Part shown: positions 36,574 to 50,964 of the stretch, in pieces
How the letters are laid out: every line of letters starts with the position of its first letter
Position numbering within the stretch: the stretch's first letter is position 1
DNA from: Podarcis gaigeae
Lineage: Eukaryota
NCBI GenBank assembly: GCA_964106915.2
Contig: OZ066922.1
DNA length: 64,000 nucleotides
Strand: one strand, 5' to 3'
Position numbers and translations under genes: made by a program
The notes under the pieces: generated by a model
What the model was told of the DNA's origin: nothing
Database searches by the model: none
Seen by the model: only the letters and a program-made list of their open reading frames with translations

Positions 36574-39500
36574 TTCTCTCTAAATCAAGAAAGTGTTCTA
36601 CTTAGTCCTGTTCCTAATTAGTGGCATATGTTGGTGGTGGGAGGCAGTATTCCCTTTGGAAAAGAAGCCCCATACCATGTCTCAAGGGAACAGTTTTGTC
36701 ATTCCTGCTCACAGTTTTGCTTCTATTCTCAAACCACCTTAAGGTTGTCCGCATTGGTAAGATGTTGATCCATTGCAATTATTTTTAAAAACCTTGTTCC
36801 TAGTCCTCATATCAACACCTCCTTTTTGCTATCTCCCCTAGTAATCACACAGTATGCCCCTAGCCCTGCCTTCTGCCCCTAACCGTGGCTTCAGTCTTGC
36901 CTCTTCTTTTGCATCCATCCCCTATTTCTCTTTATAAAACTGAACTTAGAGATGCATGCAGACATGATTTTATGATATTTTCTGTTGTCTTGCACATGAT
37001 GGTTGAAAGGTGTAAGGAAAACATTATGAGTGCAGTTTTATGTGAAAAAGAAGTTTTTGGGGAAATTATGCAATCTTTAAAATGGGAGAAATCATTAGCA
37101 TGTGAATACATTGGTAGTTATTATTATCATTATAAATTGCATTTTTGTGAAGTATGAAATCATTGAAGTGGCTCGTACAAGTTGTCAAAGTTCTTGCCTT
37201 TTTTTGTTAGCTCCACATTGTCTAATTGGAGCCTTCAGAGCCCCCAATCTCTCACTCTTCTCCACCAAACTCTGTCTAAAGGCCAAATTAGGACAATTGG
37301 TTGCTTCCTGGGAAGAGTGTTTAACCTCTCCTGCCTCTGCTAATTCTCCTGCTCAAACCTCCTCAGTTCCATTTTCCTGCAACTGGGTTTCTTTGTTGTT
37401 TCAGAGCCCCAGCTAGGGCTTTACAGGGAAGATTTGCAAGAATAAATTAGTGGGTAGGAATAGGATGAAACCCTTCCACCAATATTCTTCATTGGTGTTG
37501 TGAGGGTAGCAGGATATGTCTTGGTGCCATCTTAAAGACTGGACCACCTTCCTTCCTTGCAGGGAAAGGGGTGCTTAGACTGAGGGGATGGTGTGCTTTT
37601 GACTACGTAAGGAAAGTGAATGTCATGAGCGGGATATTTGTTTGTGCCAGGAGCATGTGTTGATGAGGTTATGTATGAGGGTTAATGAGTAAAAGGGAGA
37701 TTGGTGTTATTTAACTACATTTTACTCAGAGTACCTGTTGAAATTAATTAACATGACTAAATTAGGCCCATTAATTTCAGTTGAATATCATCGTATGTGT
37801 ATGTAAACTCCGTGAATTTCCATATTTTCTAGTAACAATTATTATTTATTACTTGCATTTATATTTTGGTTTCCTGACCCAAAAAGGAGCCTAGAAGCAG
37901 ACTTTTTAACTTTTACTTCCTATTCTGTACTGCTCTCTAAGGTTTCAAAGCAGCACAATAATGAGTATATTAATCTGTATGTGTAATGTAGTAAGATAAG
38001 AACTTCTCCTTCTAGATAGGTTTACATTTATTGATTACAGTTTATATTTTATGCTATTTGCACAAAATTTATTACTGGCAGCTTTTAATACTTCACACTG
38101 CTTTGCTTCCAGATACTTGTTAATGTAAAATGAGTAATATGAAGTAACTGTTAAAGAAATGCTGAAGTACACAAAGGGAAGAGTGAGCACTTACAATAAA
38201 TTATACATTTTGCATAAATTATTAATTTTCTTAAATGAATGGTATTAAATGTAAGACAGTTTTGTATTTGAAAGAATACTGTGACCGAACTTAATATTTG
38301 ATTAATTCCTTTCAAGAAAAATATTCAGGATTTATGTTACCTTAATGATGGGGTTTTTTGGGTCTCATGTAATTGTAACCTCACTTAAGAAACAGTATCT
38401 TTCAGCCTTTTCAATTTTAAAAGTCATTTCTGTGTCTAATTAAACTTTGTTAAAGTGTTACTGAGCGTTTGTTCCCAATTATACTCAGCTATATTCATAT
38501 CTGTATGAAAATTTCTGAATAAGTGGACAACCTAAAGAAAATGATACCATTCATTCATATGGTAGAAAGAAAACATCTCTACTGTACTTAAAAACACTTT
38601 CCACATAGGATTAACCCATTCCAGTTGCTAATAGTGGATTTTGTTGACTCTCTTCTGTAGTACCTGACCCCTAGTACTTAATGTGAGCTATTGAGAATTG
38701 AAAATCAAGCCTGCCCCCATTCAAGGGCTAAACTCAAATGGCCCCATTTATGAATGACACATTGGGCAACATTTCAGCAGCATGCTGAAAATAAAGTCTT
38801 GAATGTGTGTGGGATTTGTTTAAGTGCTCACAATGCTTTGTATATCTGTCATGTAGTACTTCATTTATTTGAGTTCACTATCCTATGCAATGTTAGTAGC
38901 ACAATATTTTTGTATGAAGAGAAACTTTCCACTTCTTTGGCTTATCCCTTTTTCTTAATTCATTCACTCACTTTTATTGAAATTCCTTTATTTGTATCAG
39001 TCATTTTGACACTAATAAAGCGAATAGTGGGGTTTTCCACTCTCCTGGAATGATGGCTGAGCTATATTTCTAAACCTGTGAGGTAAGAGGGTAGGATATG
39101 ACAACAGGGAAAGAGAAAGATGAATTGTAATGTACATTTGGTCAGCGTTTTAGCAGAATTTTTGTTTGCATTTTTGCTGATTTTGCAAGGGTGAAAATAG
39201 GATGGTGAGTTCATATTTAGACTTGATTATTTAACCATAGACTCAAAACCATTTGACATGCTGCCTTTCACAATATATGTTCAGTCAGTCAAGCTCCTCC
39301 AGTGGGCTGGGGGGCGCTGAGTGCATGTTGAGTGAGCTAAATAGACACATCTGAACATTCGCAACTGTCCTGAAACCCGAATAACAGAGTTACATTCCTC
39401 TGGACCACTTCACTTAGATGTATTTTAGGAATATGTTACTAAGAATAATGTAGAAATCTGTCTGCTGAAAGAAGGACAGTGGGAAAATCTCCAGGGTTTT

Positions 39501-41024
39501 TTGTTGAACTAGAAGTTTGGATAGATGAAGTTAAATATATGAATGCTGTCCTATCACAAATGCAATAGGAAGCATTTGGAGATACTAGAGAAGCAGTATA
39601 AGGTGCTGTTAGCAGCACATATTGTTCCAGTTTTTAGTTTCCAAGCAGTCACCAAGGACAGCATCCTGTAGGTCACACTGCAGTATTCTTACTTTTGAGT
39701 TTGCAAAGATCCTAATTACTCTCCCTTGGTCTGGGGTGACAAAAAGCAATACCTCCTTCTAACTAATTTGGTGTTGGGAAAATGTATTCCTGGCACTGCC
39801 AGTTACTAGGCTAATAGGCATAGTGTTGGATCCAGGGACATTTGAAGACTACAAACAGGAGCATCCTGGGAAATCATGGATATGGTGAATCTTCTTTTAT
39901 TGGAATGCATTCCAGGAACTTCCTTTTTCATGTGTTTTGCAGAACTAGCAGGTACCATTTGGTAGACATTCCTGTCTACACCTTTACTGAACTGTAGTTT
40001 TATGCTTAGTAAAGCATATTCTGCATCCCTGTAGTGAAATACCTTCACTCTCAGTTCTCTGTAGCAGACAAAAGTGCAATCAGATGATTTCCTTTATTTA
40101 TTTAAACATTTATACACGGGGCAATTGACAGCCAGTAGAAACCCATTTAAAACACTGAATCATAAAACCAGTGAGATTATTAAAACAGCAGAGTTTAAAG
40201 GAAAGTGCCAACATTTGGAATGGTGTTTGGAGACAGGTTGTGGATTCCAGATAGTAGCTTAACCAACCACTGTATCCTTTATTAGCTTGAATTCCTAGAG
40301 ATGTTCTAGTGTAGATTCTACAACCTCAATATGATTAGGAGGATGCAAGAACACAACCTGGCTTTCTTTTTTAAAAAATGTTTACGCTCTGAGGAGCATA
40401 GCCCCGAAGACTGCCTCTGAAGTGGACTTAACGAAGTGGATGAGGGATTGCAATTTGGCACAACTGATATGAAGTGTTTCATCTGACTCCACTAATGCAA
40501 TTGTGGCAGTTACAGATGCAGCATCTTCCTTGGAGAATACCACAGCTGTGATATTTGTCCTCTTTGCCAAAAAAAGGAGAGAAATTGAACAGCTGGTCTG
40601 AGAGAGAAATAAGGGCCTGAAAGTTGATTTCCATCTGAGAACTCTGTACCAGGGCAAATCTATCCTGTCTTTTGGTGTTTTTGTTTTGTTTGTAAACTGG
40701 AATAGAAGTAAGGTCACAATTATTTTGCAAGCCATGGTTAAAACTAGTAGCAATGTTTTAGAAAAGCCTAAAAACTAGGATACCCAATAAGGTTTCAGGA
40801 CATTTTCATTGTATTTCATTTTCTTTATATTGTGCTGAGAAGCATGACTTTATGTTTTATCCTGTGATCTGGGGGTAGGAGACTTGCAGCCCCCTAGATG
40901 CTAGATTTATTACATCAGATTATGTATGTTTGTTGTATGACCTTGGATGGGGAGCCTCCTGATGTGGCTCTCCTAATGCAAGCAACATGGGAGATAGGAT
41001 GGAAACCTGCAGAACTTGGTTTAA

Positions 41025-41150
41025 CATGGGTGGCTAACTTGAGGCACTCCATATGCTGTTGGACTCCAACTCCCATGAGTCTCAGCCAGCATGGCCAGTG
41101 ATTACGGATGATGGGAACTGCATCTGAAGGGGCACAGATTCCCCATCACT
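41025..41150. mobile_element. Short hAT-like MITE, degenerate
   Basis: gttggactccaactcccatgagtctcagccagcatggcca...gatgatgggaactgcatctg. Same family as 10681-10814. Confidence 0.55.
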
Positions 41151-41357
41151 AATATTAGCTGTGTAATCAGTATTCAAGACTTGCAAAATTAGAACATACA
41201 TAGTGCAATCCAGTACCTGTCTACTCAGAAGTAAGCCACAGTGAGTTTACACACATAAGTACAGATTTATACAGATTTATGTTTTATATATCTGGACATT
41301 TAAACTTATTGGTAATTCATTAGCAGTTAAAATTCCATATTAACATCATGCTTTTAA

Positions 41358-41462
<105 letters not shown>

Positions 41463-43254
41463 TAATATACATATATAATGTTTCTAAAGTCTTATGGACT
41501 GTAAAAGAGAGGAGTCTGACACTTAGAAAAAGGCCTCTGGATAGTGACATTTAATAACAGAGAGATGACAGTGTAATGCTCCCTGAAGCCACATTGATTT
41601 TACTTGAGAATGAGCAGCTGTCCCTCACTCCCTCTGATGAATCTTTTACATATCTATCTTTAAAAAGTGTTTGGGAACATGAAGTAGGGGAAGAAAATGG
41701 TAATCTTGGTGTAAATGAGCTGTGAAAGTATCGTAAAGGTCTGCAAATGACTTGATTTAGAAAAAGTCTCCTTGATGAAGCTGCACCGCTAATTGTTTCA
41801 AATCTTCAAATCAAATGTGGTTCATTGCATCTAAGCATGTGCTAAAGTAAAATAGATTACCCAAGAGCTAGTTGTGCTTGCTAAAAGAAATTAAGCATTT
41901 CTGGTAATCATTTTTCATGTTTGTTTGTTTGTTTATATGTGTTATATATTCTTGTAAGGGTATATAATGCATTTATTTATATTTTGAGTATTTGTATACT
42001 GCGTTTCAGGAACCTGCATGTGTGTCCATATATCCATATTGGTCAAGGCCCAAGCAATTTGTGTAGGTCTCCCAAGGTGAAAATTAGGATAAAAATACAT
42101 ACATGCTATTATTTTAAATAGTGTATATATGGATTTTTGGGAGTAAGATTCATGGTTTTGTACACAAAAAATAAGGTTAATATTCGGTTATACAGGCGAC
42201 TCCCCACTTATGTGGGGTTTATGTTCTGGGGGGCCCCCACACATAACCGGGGAGCACCCACTAAAAAGCCTCTAAACATCCATTTTACCTGCTTTCCATG
42301 CTCTCCAGTACCTTTGCCTCTAGATTGCAAGAAAAAGCAGGGAACAATACATCTGAGCCCACTGTTGAGTGGGGTACTGGGCAGCAGCAAGAGCTCCCAC
42401 CTGCCATTTTGGATCCCATAAATTAAAAAAAAAAATTAAACATTTATTTCTGGAGTTTGGGCTCACTGACATCCTCTTCAGGCCACAAGTCACAAGGATT
42501 TTCCAGCCTTCTCCCACGATTTCAGAATTTGAATTTATTTATTCCAGTTAAGTCCAGTTAAGTATAAGCAGCTAAGTTTTGCCCTGGGACCCACTTTTTG
42601 TGTACTGCCTAAATACCATATATTTCATACATGGATTTTTTCAGGAAAAATGTTTATCCTGTCATTTTTGAACTGTACTTGTGTTACAAGAATACAAGTA
42701 GGCCACTGCATGTACTTTACAGATAAGTGTACACTAAATGCCAATCTGGCTACTTTAATAACATGCTTGCACATTATACATATATGTATGAAGTTACCAG
42801 TTATATTAGTTGCATGACATGTTGATGTTCAGGTCTTTTGACTCTAAAGTCAGAACATATTTCAGCTGTTTAATAAGCTAGAAGTTAAAAGCACACATTC
42901 AGAATGTGTGTATCATTAAGCTCCCATATAAGGATCATATAATGAAAATGATGATCAAATACAAAGTACCCAGGTAGATTAAGGCTGCATGTTTACATCA
43001 CAAAAGGCAAATTTAAGCACCCTACACCCCCCCTTGCCCTCACTCTGAATAGAGGTGAAAGGGAGGCATGTCCCTGTTGCCAGGCAGCGGGATGACATTC
43101 CTTTTCTTTCTGTATTGCATTGGTAGTTTCACTGCCCACTGATGTTGTCTTTAGTGAAGGAATGAAAATTGAGGTGTGCATTTAATGTGCATTTAATGTG
43201 AATCCCCATTTACCTTCTGCTGTATCAAGTTAACTCTACCCAGTTGGATTGAGA

Positions 43255-43415
43255 AATGTAGGAAGCCTCAGTATACTGATTCTCTACACTGACTCACAAC
43301 ATGTACCCCAGGATTTTAGACAGGAGTCTCCAAGCCACATCTGAAGATTCCAGTAATTGATTCTGGATCCTTCTGCATGCAGAGGATGTGCTGCATTGCT
43401 CCTAAGCTAAGGTTC
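43255..43415 (-). repeat. Degenerate tRNA-derived SINE
   Basis: Similar to 11400-11558; ccttctgcatgca head motif. Confidence 0.5.
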
Positions 43416-44255
43416 TTCCCCATGTGTTATCTTCAACACCTGCCCTTCAAGACTTTGTTGAAGATTTGTCTTGACGTTATATTATTTCAGTGCCAGATAG
43501 ATCTGGGTTGCATTGTGCATGAGCCACAGTGATGTGCTGGAGCCAAATATTCACAATTCTGTACCACATGTGGTAAAATATTTCTGCGTGATATAAAGCA
43601 CTTTGTTCACCTGTCTCTAAGCCACATTGCCCTATTCTCCGCCCCCCCCCCCAATACTGGGACTCTGGACAAAGATTGTGGCCTCTTTTGTTTGTGTTGT
43701 CTCATTCTAACAGGATTGTGACAGGTACCAGAAAAATGAGTACCATGACAGTATTTCCCTTCCCTTTTCTGCTGTCCTTCTCCCTTCTCTAGAACTAAGT
43801 GCTTGTGACAGACTTTTATTTTATGTTTTATTTTAAAGAGTGATTTATGATTAAAAGTTAATGAAATAGAATTTTCACAGTGCTTTTATTATATTCTACC
43901 AGTTTGAACATTTTTCAAAGCAGCACACCAAAACCCACTGTTCTCTATGAATAAATAATAAAAGCCATGTCTGTACATTATCATTCATGCATTCTGTAGT
44001 TGCCCACTGGTGATTTGTTTGCCAGCCTGAAGTGGGCGCTTCATATTAAACTGTCCTTAACTAAAACTCAAATTAGTTATTACAATTGCACCGATTTAAA
44101 ATGTAAATATATAGATATATGTAATTGAATTCTACTTGGTAAGCTCACTGGGTTGCTCTCTTGAGATATAGTGATTCTGCTAGTGAACTGTACAAGTGGA
44201 TTTTGCAGGTGGAGTGGTCTAATCTGTCCCCAAAACATTGCTCAAGCAGGAAGCA

Positions 44256-46190
44256 AATAATTATTATTATTTATATTTGTTAGTCGCTTTCCTCACAAAA
44301 GCGTCCAGTTAAAACAAACACAACCAATAAAAACTATAACTAATAAAAACTATAACTAATAAAATCTATAGAGATAAGAGAACAAGGGCCAAAAGTCTGG
44401 ATAAAGAGAAGTCTTTGCTTGGCTTTTAAAAATAGAGACAGATTGTGCAAGGTATTCCTCCTTGGGAAGAACAATCCATAAGCAAGGAACTGCCACTGGA
44501 AAAGCTCATTTTCATGCCTCAGATGATGATTGCAGGGTCTGGGGATAGGTAGTCCTTGGGGGAATTAGGGTCCTGAGCTGCATAGGCTTTAAATGTCAAA
44601 CCCAACATTTTGAATTGAGCCTAGAAACTAAATGGTAGCCAATGCAATTGTGCCAGAATTGCTGCTATATGATCAGAGTGTCCTGTCCTGATCATCAATC
44701 TGTTTGCTGAATTCTGAACCAGCTGCAGTTTCTAAACTGCCTCCAAAGGCAGCCCCATGTAGAATACATTGTAGTAGTCCATCCTAGAGGTTACCAGAGG
44801 GTAGACAACAGAGGTTAGGCACAACTGGCCACTAGCAGAAGTTGATGGCACTCCATGCCACTGAGGGAACCTGAGCCTTAAGTAACTCTAATGGATCCAG
44901 AAGTATCTCATGTTACGTATTTGCTCCTTCAGAGGGAGTATAACCACATCCCAAGCTGGCCCCATCTCATCCCTCTGGTCCAGGGAACCACCTACAAACT
45001 GTTCCTCAGTTTTGTCAGAATAAAGCTTCAGTTTATTAGCTCTCATCCAGTCAATTCCTGAGGCAAAGCAAACTTTCCAGCACATCCACTGGCACACCTG
45101 CAGATGTAAAGGAGAAGTAGAGCTGTGTGTCATCAGCATATTACAGACAATGTAGTCCAAAATGCTGGATGGCCCCACTCAGCATTTTCATGGAGATGTT
45201 AAACAGTGTGGGGGATAAAATCACACCTCCACACTAAATGCTCTATGGCACCAAACAGTATTATCCAAGCACAACCACCTGAAAATTACCATCCAAGTAG
45301 GACTGGAACCACTGTAGAGCAGTGCCACTCAACTCCACCTTAGCTGTTTCAGAAGAATACCATGGTCAAAGGTATTGAAAACCGCTGAGAGATTGAGTAG
45401 AGTTAACAGGAACACACTCACCCTTCCTCTTTCCCAGCATAGCTCACTATTCAGTTTCCATATTGAAGTCAACTGAAATGGATCCCAACTGAAATGGATC
45501 TAGAAAGTTGGTTTCATCCAAGAGAGCCTGGATCTGTTCCACAACCATTGCTCAGAGACCTTGCCCAAGAAGGGAAGATTAGCAACTGGTCATTAATTAC
45601 TTAGATTGTCTGTATAAAATAAGAATTTCTTAAGGATTGGTCTTGCCACATCCTCCTTTAAGCAGGCAGAGACCACCCAATCACCATCCTGGCCAAGGCT
45701 GACCCCTCTCTCACAGGTTGTCACCCAGATTGAACCAAGCACCTTGACCATGTCTTTGGGCTGTACTAACAGAAACTCGTCCAACCCTTAGGACTAGACA
45801 GACACTTCTTGAGATGTGTCTGCTTTAACAGTGGAGTCAAGGTCTTGGCAAATGCAAGCAATTTTATATCCATCTTGCTCACCCACTCAGGTCTTGGTGA
45901 TACAGACCAGGTCAGCCTTCTTATCCACAATCAAATCATGGTTAGGAAAAATCTTATTCAAAGTCAATCTGGCGTTCAACAGTAATAGCTGCAAACCTGA
46001 AGGTTGGCGGATAGGACAACCACCATTCTTCAAGCTGGAGAGGGGCCTGGCACACTGATTGTCTATTCTGTGTCACCTGGCCTGTGCCTCCTCTCACTCT
46101 ATATCTACCCTTGCTCAGAATCACTGTAATTGCCGTTTCCCCAGCTGATCTCGTCCCAGGCATATCTTTTCCTCACTCCCTAAAACTGAG
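44256..46190 (-). mobile_element. Decayed L2-clade LINE (endonuclease and RT remnants, internally deleted)
   Basis: Minus-strand remnants: DLIVDKKADLVCITKT (APE endonuclease, ~45895-45940), PVANLPFLGKVSE (~45550-45590), LSAVFNTFDHG (~45360-45390), WMRANKLKL..DKTE (~45000-45050) and MDYYNVFYMGLP (~44750-44785). (TTA)n tail at ~44260. Boundaries approximate. Confidence 0.8.
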
Positions 46191-48119
46191 TGCCATAAAA
46201 CATATCTGAGCAAATTACAGTTAGACAACAACCACCCAAAAGATAAAGGAGCTATAAAGCATCAGCTACGAATCCCCCCTTTTAAGAGCAATTTTCCATG
46301 GGAAACTAAAAAAGGAAAACCAATGATAATTTACTCAAGCAAGAACTAGGTTGATTTTATGAACAGGCTTTCAGGCTGCAGTCCTGTGCACACTGAACTT
46401 GGTGGAACTTCCTTCTGACTTGTGCATAGGCTTGCCCTTTCAATATAGTTTGGCATTTAAAGTAAATAAAGCTACAGCATTTCTTAAGAAACATTTTAAA
46501 CTAGAATGTAACTTTAATCCATATAGAAATGGCCCTGTTTACAGCTAAACTTCAGCTGAATTTCAGGAAGAAGCAGCAATCTTCTGGGAGGCCAACACTG
46601 CTGAAAAGCTGTTCAGAAAAATTGAGATGACAGATTAACAGCATTCATGCCATAGTTCACTCTTATCTGACACTTGACTTTAACTACAGACAGATGAATT
46701 CTTGATAGGAAGGTAAACAAAGGAAAATATAATATACAGCACCCTAAAAATGTCATGAAAGGTTTGTTTTATGGTATTGAATTGCAGTGTTTTTAACATT
46801 TAAAAATAGAAGTTTGAAAATGACCTTCAGATTGTTTAGGGAATTTTAATAAAATGCAAGAGCTTGTGTAACACTCATCTAAAACTAAATAGAACACAAT
46901 ATTGTGATTTGCATCCTGCTCATTGAACAAGATGTTATTCATAAACACACACATTAATGTATATGATGTTTAGAGACTGAAGTTTAAAGAAGCAATAAGC
47001 TAAAGAAAAAATAACAAAATCAAAGCAGAGAACATTTGAAGAGGCATATTCTGACATCCGTCTTTTTGGAAAGTACATTGCTACATCAGAATATTAATAG
47101 TCAATAAAGGAAATTATATTTAAAACCTTGCATTGTTTTGTGATCTTTTTCACATTTCTTCAAAGGGGAGAGCACTTGAGTCATATGTGTTTCTTTGGGA
47201 TGCTCAAAGGAAAGGGATTTTGTAGATCAAAGTGGCTGGGAAGTAGCAGTCAGCAAAGGCAGCAGTTCAAAAGTAGAATCTGTTCAGAGCACAGACCCAA
47301 TAAGCTCAGAACCGTTATAGGGTATTCTATCCTATCCAGGCACTAAATTGCCAATGAACTCACATCTGATTTTTATTAAGCTCCTATTTGCCCCTTTAAA
47401 AAATACAGTAAATAAAGGAGATTTGGAGGACCTCCCATGTAATTAACTTAGATCAAATTTACATTAGCATTCTCTTCCTATAGTGTCATTATTAGAATCA
47501 CCACTGCAGTTGTACCAAGTGTTGTAAGTTCAATGGAAGATATATAGCATTTGCAGGCAACCCTGAATGCAGTGCATACAGTTCTAGATTCAGAAGTTCT
47601 TGAGGCCCGACTATGTGTTGCATGGAAGTAAGTGTAATTGAACCGTGATAACCCTTTTATATTAGGAAATGCTTTTTCAGTAGCAATTTCAGGTAGGGAA
47701 CTGACATGAGAGGAAAGGACTAAGCACGCCACACACCCAGTTCTCTGCTTCAGATTACCACTTCCTGAAGTGCTTTTTCCTTAAATAAAAGGGCTGCCGT
47801 GGTTCAATTACATGCGTTTGCATCATGTAATGTGTAGTTATATCCTCAGATAGAAACAGGTGGATAGACCATCTTTTTCAAGTGTGATGTTGGAAAGGTG
47901 GCATATGAAAAATGTAACTAAATCCATAATAGATAACTGCAGCAATCTTGACACTCTCTTGCTCAGTGGCCTCAGATGCCTTTGTACGACGGACCATACA
48001 CCCACCTTTACTTGCTGCAATAGAGTATGACATGGGCATAACTTTTCTTTCTTGGGGAGGCTCATACTATTTGTTTTCTTGTTTGGGCCAAATCATGTTT
48101 GAGATCCTTTGTTGTAGAA

Positions 48120-48440
48120 CCACTGTAGTGTATGGCTAAGCTGGAAAGTCGCCAATTCAATCTCACCTCAACTATACACAAAGTCCTCTGCCCATATCAT
48201 CTACATAGAGATAATAATACGGACCTAATATACAAGATGGTTGTAAGAATTACTGAGAAGAATGTGCATGGAGCTCTTTGAATATGCAGAAAGTGTTTTA
48301 TTGTTTAGTCGTTTAGTCATGTCCGACTCTTCGTGACCCCATGGACCAGAGCATGTCAGGCACTCCTGTCTTCCACTGCCTCCCGCAGTTTGGTCAAACT
48401 CATGTTCGTAAAAGTGTTATATAAATGCTAATAATTAATT
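48120..48440 (+). mobile_element. Old MIR-like/CORE SINE interrupted by a BovB fragment
   Basis: gataataatacggacct...ggttgtaagaattactgaga...aaagtgtt|atataaatgctaataatt tail. Confidence 0.5.
48298..48410 (-). mobile_element. BovB/RTE LINE extreme 3' fragment
   Basis: gtcatgtccgactcttcgtgaccccatggac...gtttggtcaaactcatgt matches the reverse complement of the BovB 3' end. Flanked by the duplication aaagtgtt (48290-48297, 48411-48418). Confidence 0.8.
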
Positions 48441-49745
48441 TCGTTATAGTAGCTGTGAAACTAATAGGCTACCCAATGCCTATTAAGATTTCTACCCAGC
48501 ACCTGCTTTTCATTTATCCCTTTGTCAGTTGTAGCCACTAGCAAATCATTAATTTACATCATGTGATTCCCCCACCACCACGCCACTCTGGATATAGATC
48601 AGTATTTCTACCCATAAGCATATATGGGGGAGACTATGGTGTCCTTGCTGCCACTTACCAAGTTCATTGCAGTGGTTAGATTCAGACAGGTGCCTTTCAT
48701 AACTCGGTCCTGTTGGCGCTCTGCTACATTGGTTTTCTCTCCCTTATCAAAGCCCCATCTCTGGACATGACACTTTCCCAGCCCTGATTTACAGAAAAGA
48801 AGCAGCAGCCAGTCTTTAAAGTCATGTGACCAACGTGACTGAGTTACTCCACCCTTAGTTTTGTGAATGAGCTTTAAATTTAGGTTTCATATTTCCAGTC
48901 CCAGTGATTACTCCACTGAGCCTGCCTGTTAGTGTGTCTCTAGTACCATACAGAAAGTTTAATATAGAGAACTGTTGTCTTGTTGGTTCCAGAGTATGAG
49001 AGGTTCAAAGTAGATTAGTGATCAGCCTTGAATAACCTGCCTTTATTTGAAGAGCAAATATTGGCTCAGTAAATGTGTTATGGCACCTGTTTGTGTGCAA
49101 AAGCACATTGCTATTAATTTGTGCTGATTTGGAGTCTGTAGTATCACTCTTGCAAAGCTCCAGGCTTTTCACAGCTGCCTTTAATTAAATTACTGCTTCC
49201 AGTCTATACACAGAGACATGTACACACACATTCATTTATTCAAAGGCCTTATGTATTCTACCTTTCAGGGGAAAGCCCTCCCAATGAAGCTTGTGAAAGA
49301 TTTTGATTTCTAAAATTTTATTTAAAAGCATATCTAAACCATTTAATATTTCAAAAATCTCTCAAGTGGTGTACAGAAGCAACATCAATGAAAACAAAAA
49401 AATAACTTGAAGCCTATAAAAATATAATGGCAAATCCAACAGACTAGCTGGGGCTGATAGGAGTTGTAGTCCAAAAAAGTCCAGATCTGGAGGGTACCAA
49501 GTTGGCAACAGCTGGATTAATGGGTAGCATGAACTTTCTGTGTTACTTCATAAACACTGCAGTAATAAAATCTGTTGGGGCATCTCTTGAGAAGTCTTGT
49601 TATGTGGTGACTGAAAAATTAATGCAAGTCCTGGCTTATATAATTTCCTGCAAGTCTAATGTAAGCTGCATACTTTGATTGATGTCACATAGCACTTTCA
49701 TGTAGATTAAAAAGAAAGGGGAGAAAAGATGGAACCCTGTAGGAC

Positions 49746-49880
49746 AGGTATGGTTGAACCTGAGATTCTCCAGGTGTTGCCCAATCAGCTCCTATCAGCC
49801 CCAGCTAGTATGGCCAACAATCAAAGATGGTGGAAGTTATATTCCAGCAACATCTGGAGGACTACAGGCTAGTCACCCTG
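49746..49880. mobile_element. Short hAT-like MITE, degenerate
   Basis: Inverted core ctccaggtgttgc...gcaacatctggag. Same family as 10681-10814. Confidence 0.55.
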
Positions 49881-50798
49881 ATGTACCGTAATTCCCAGGG
49901 GGAATTAGTCTTCCAGCACCACCTTCCGGAATTATGTCACAACTTTGAGGAAGTCCAGAAAGAAGGCTTTGGTCAATAGTAGCAAAATGTAATGCCTCCT
50001 GTATTTCTAGAGCCATGCTGCCATTAGTTACTGTACTTCCAAACAATAAAGGGAGAGGAAAACCGATGAAACAATTTCATTTTCAAATTCCTGAATGTGA
50101 AAAAGTTGCACTAAACATTGTAGGCTTGCTCATCTTCTTCCGTTAATTCTGGTATTCCAAAAGCATGCAACTGGCATTTGTCTTTCGATTTACAAAAACT
50201 CCATATCTTCAAACTCTGAATTATTTAAGCTCCCACAACACATGCACTTTTGCTTTTCAAGCATGAGTTATAATTTAATTAAAAACTTCTGGTGCATCGC
50301 TAGCTATTTAAATATTTAAATGTTCCATGGATCACTTTCGATTATCTGCTCACATGAAATTCCTGAAGATGTCAGATTTTTAAGATTCCCAAAGTTACAC
50401 TTGGAATTGTCTGTTGATGCAAAGGGGACTGTGATAATTACATACATCCATTAGTATCAGCAGAGGAGATAAACTTTGGGGAGGCTTAATGGGCATGTCT
50501 CAGTGACAGCTAGCAAAGAACATTTGGCATGATTAAGGATAGACTTGAATGTACTTGAAAATATACTCTCATTATGGACGCCCAGTGGAAGTTGCACTAC
50601 AAATGTTAAATTCCCCAGAAGAAGAGTTATGTGGCAGGGAAGCTTTGAAATCCACCGTGGCCGTCATCCAAATTATTCTCTTCTCTTTATGTCTTTCCGC
50701 TGTCAGATTCATTTTGTGATGCCCAACTTGGCTCCCTGTGTGCGTTGAAAAGAGGCAACCTGTTGATCTTTCCTCTCTCTCCTCCTGCTATGTTTCAG

Positions 50799-50964
50799 AT
50801 TGTCCGAAGATACATCAAGGAGTGGCTTGAGAGAAAGAAGCCTCCGTTTGGTGCTATTAGCAGCTGTGTGCTCCTGATGATCATCTATACAACGTTCTGT
50901 GATACTTTTTCCAATCCAAACATTGACCTTGATAAGTTTAGCCTGATTATAATCGTTTTCATAA
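50799..50964 (+). CDS. SLC10A7: SLC10A7 coding exon (exon 8 equivalent), 166 bp, [55 protein letters not shown](I)
   Basis: Acceptor tgtttcag|ATT and donor ATA A|gtaagt. Phase 0-1. Visible inside ORF 50745..50999; strong match to recalled SLC10A7. Confidence 0.97.

Noticed and set aside
40382-40753. 123-aa minus-strand ORF
   Set aside because: No recognisable domain or supporting splice structure; consistent with chance.
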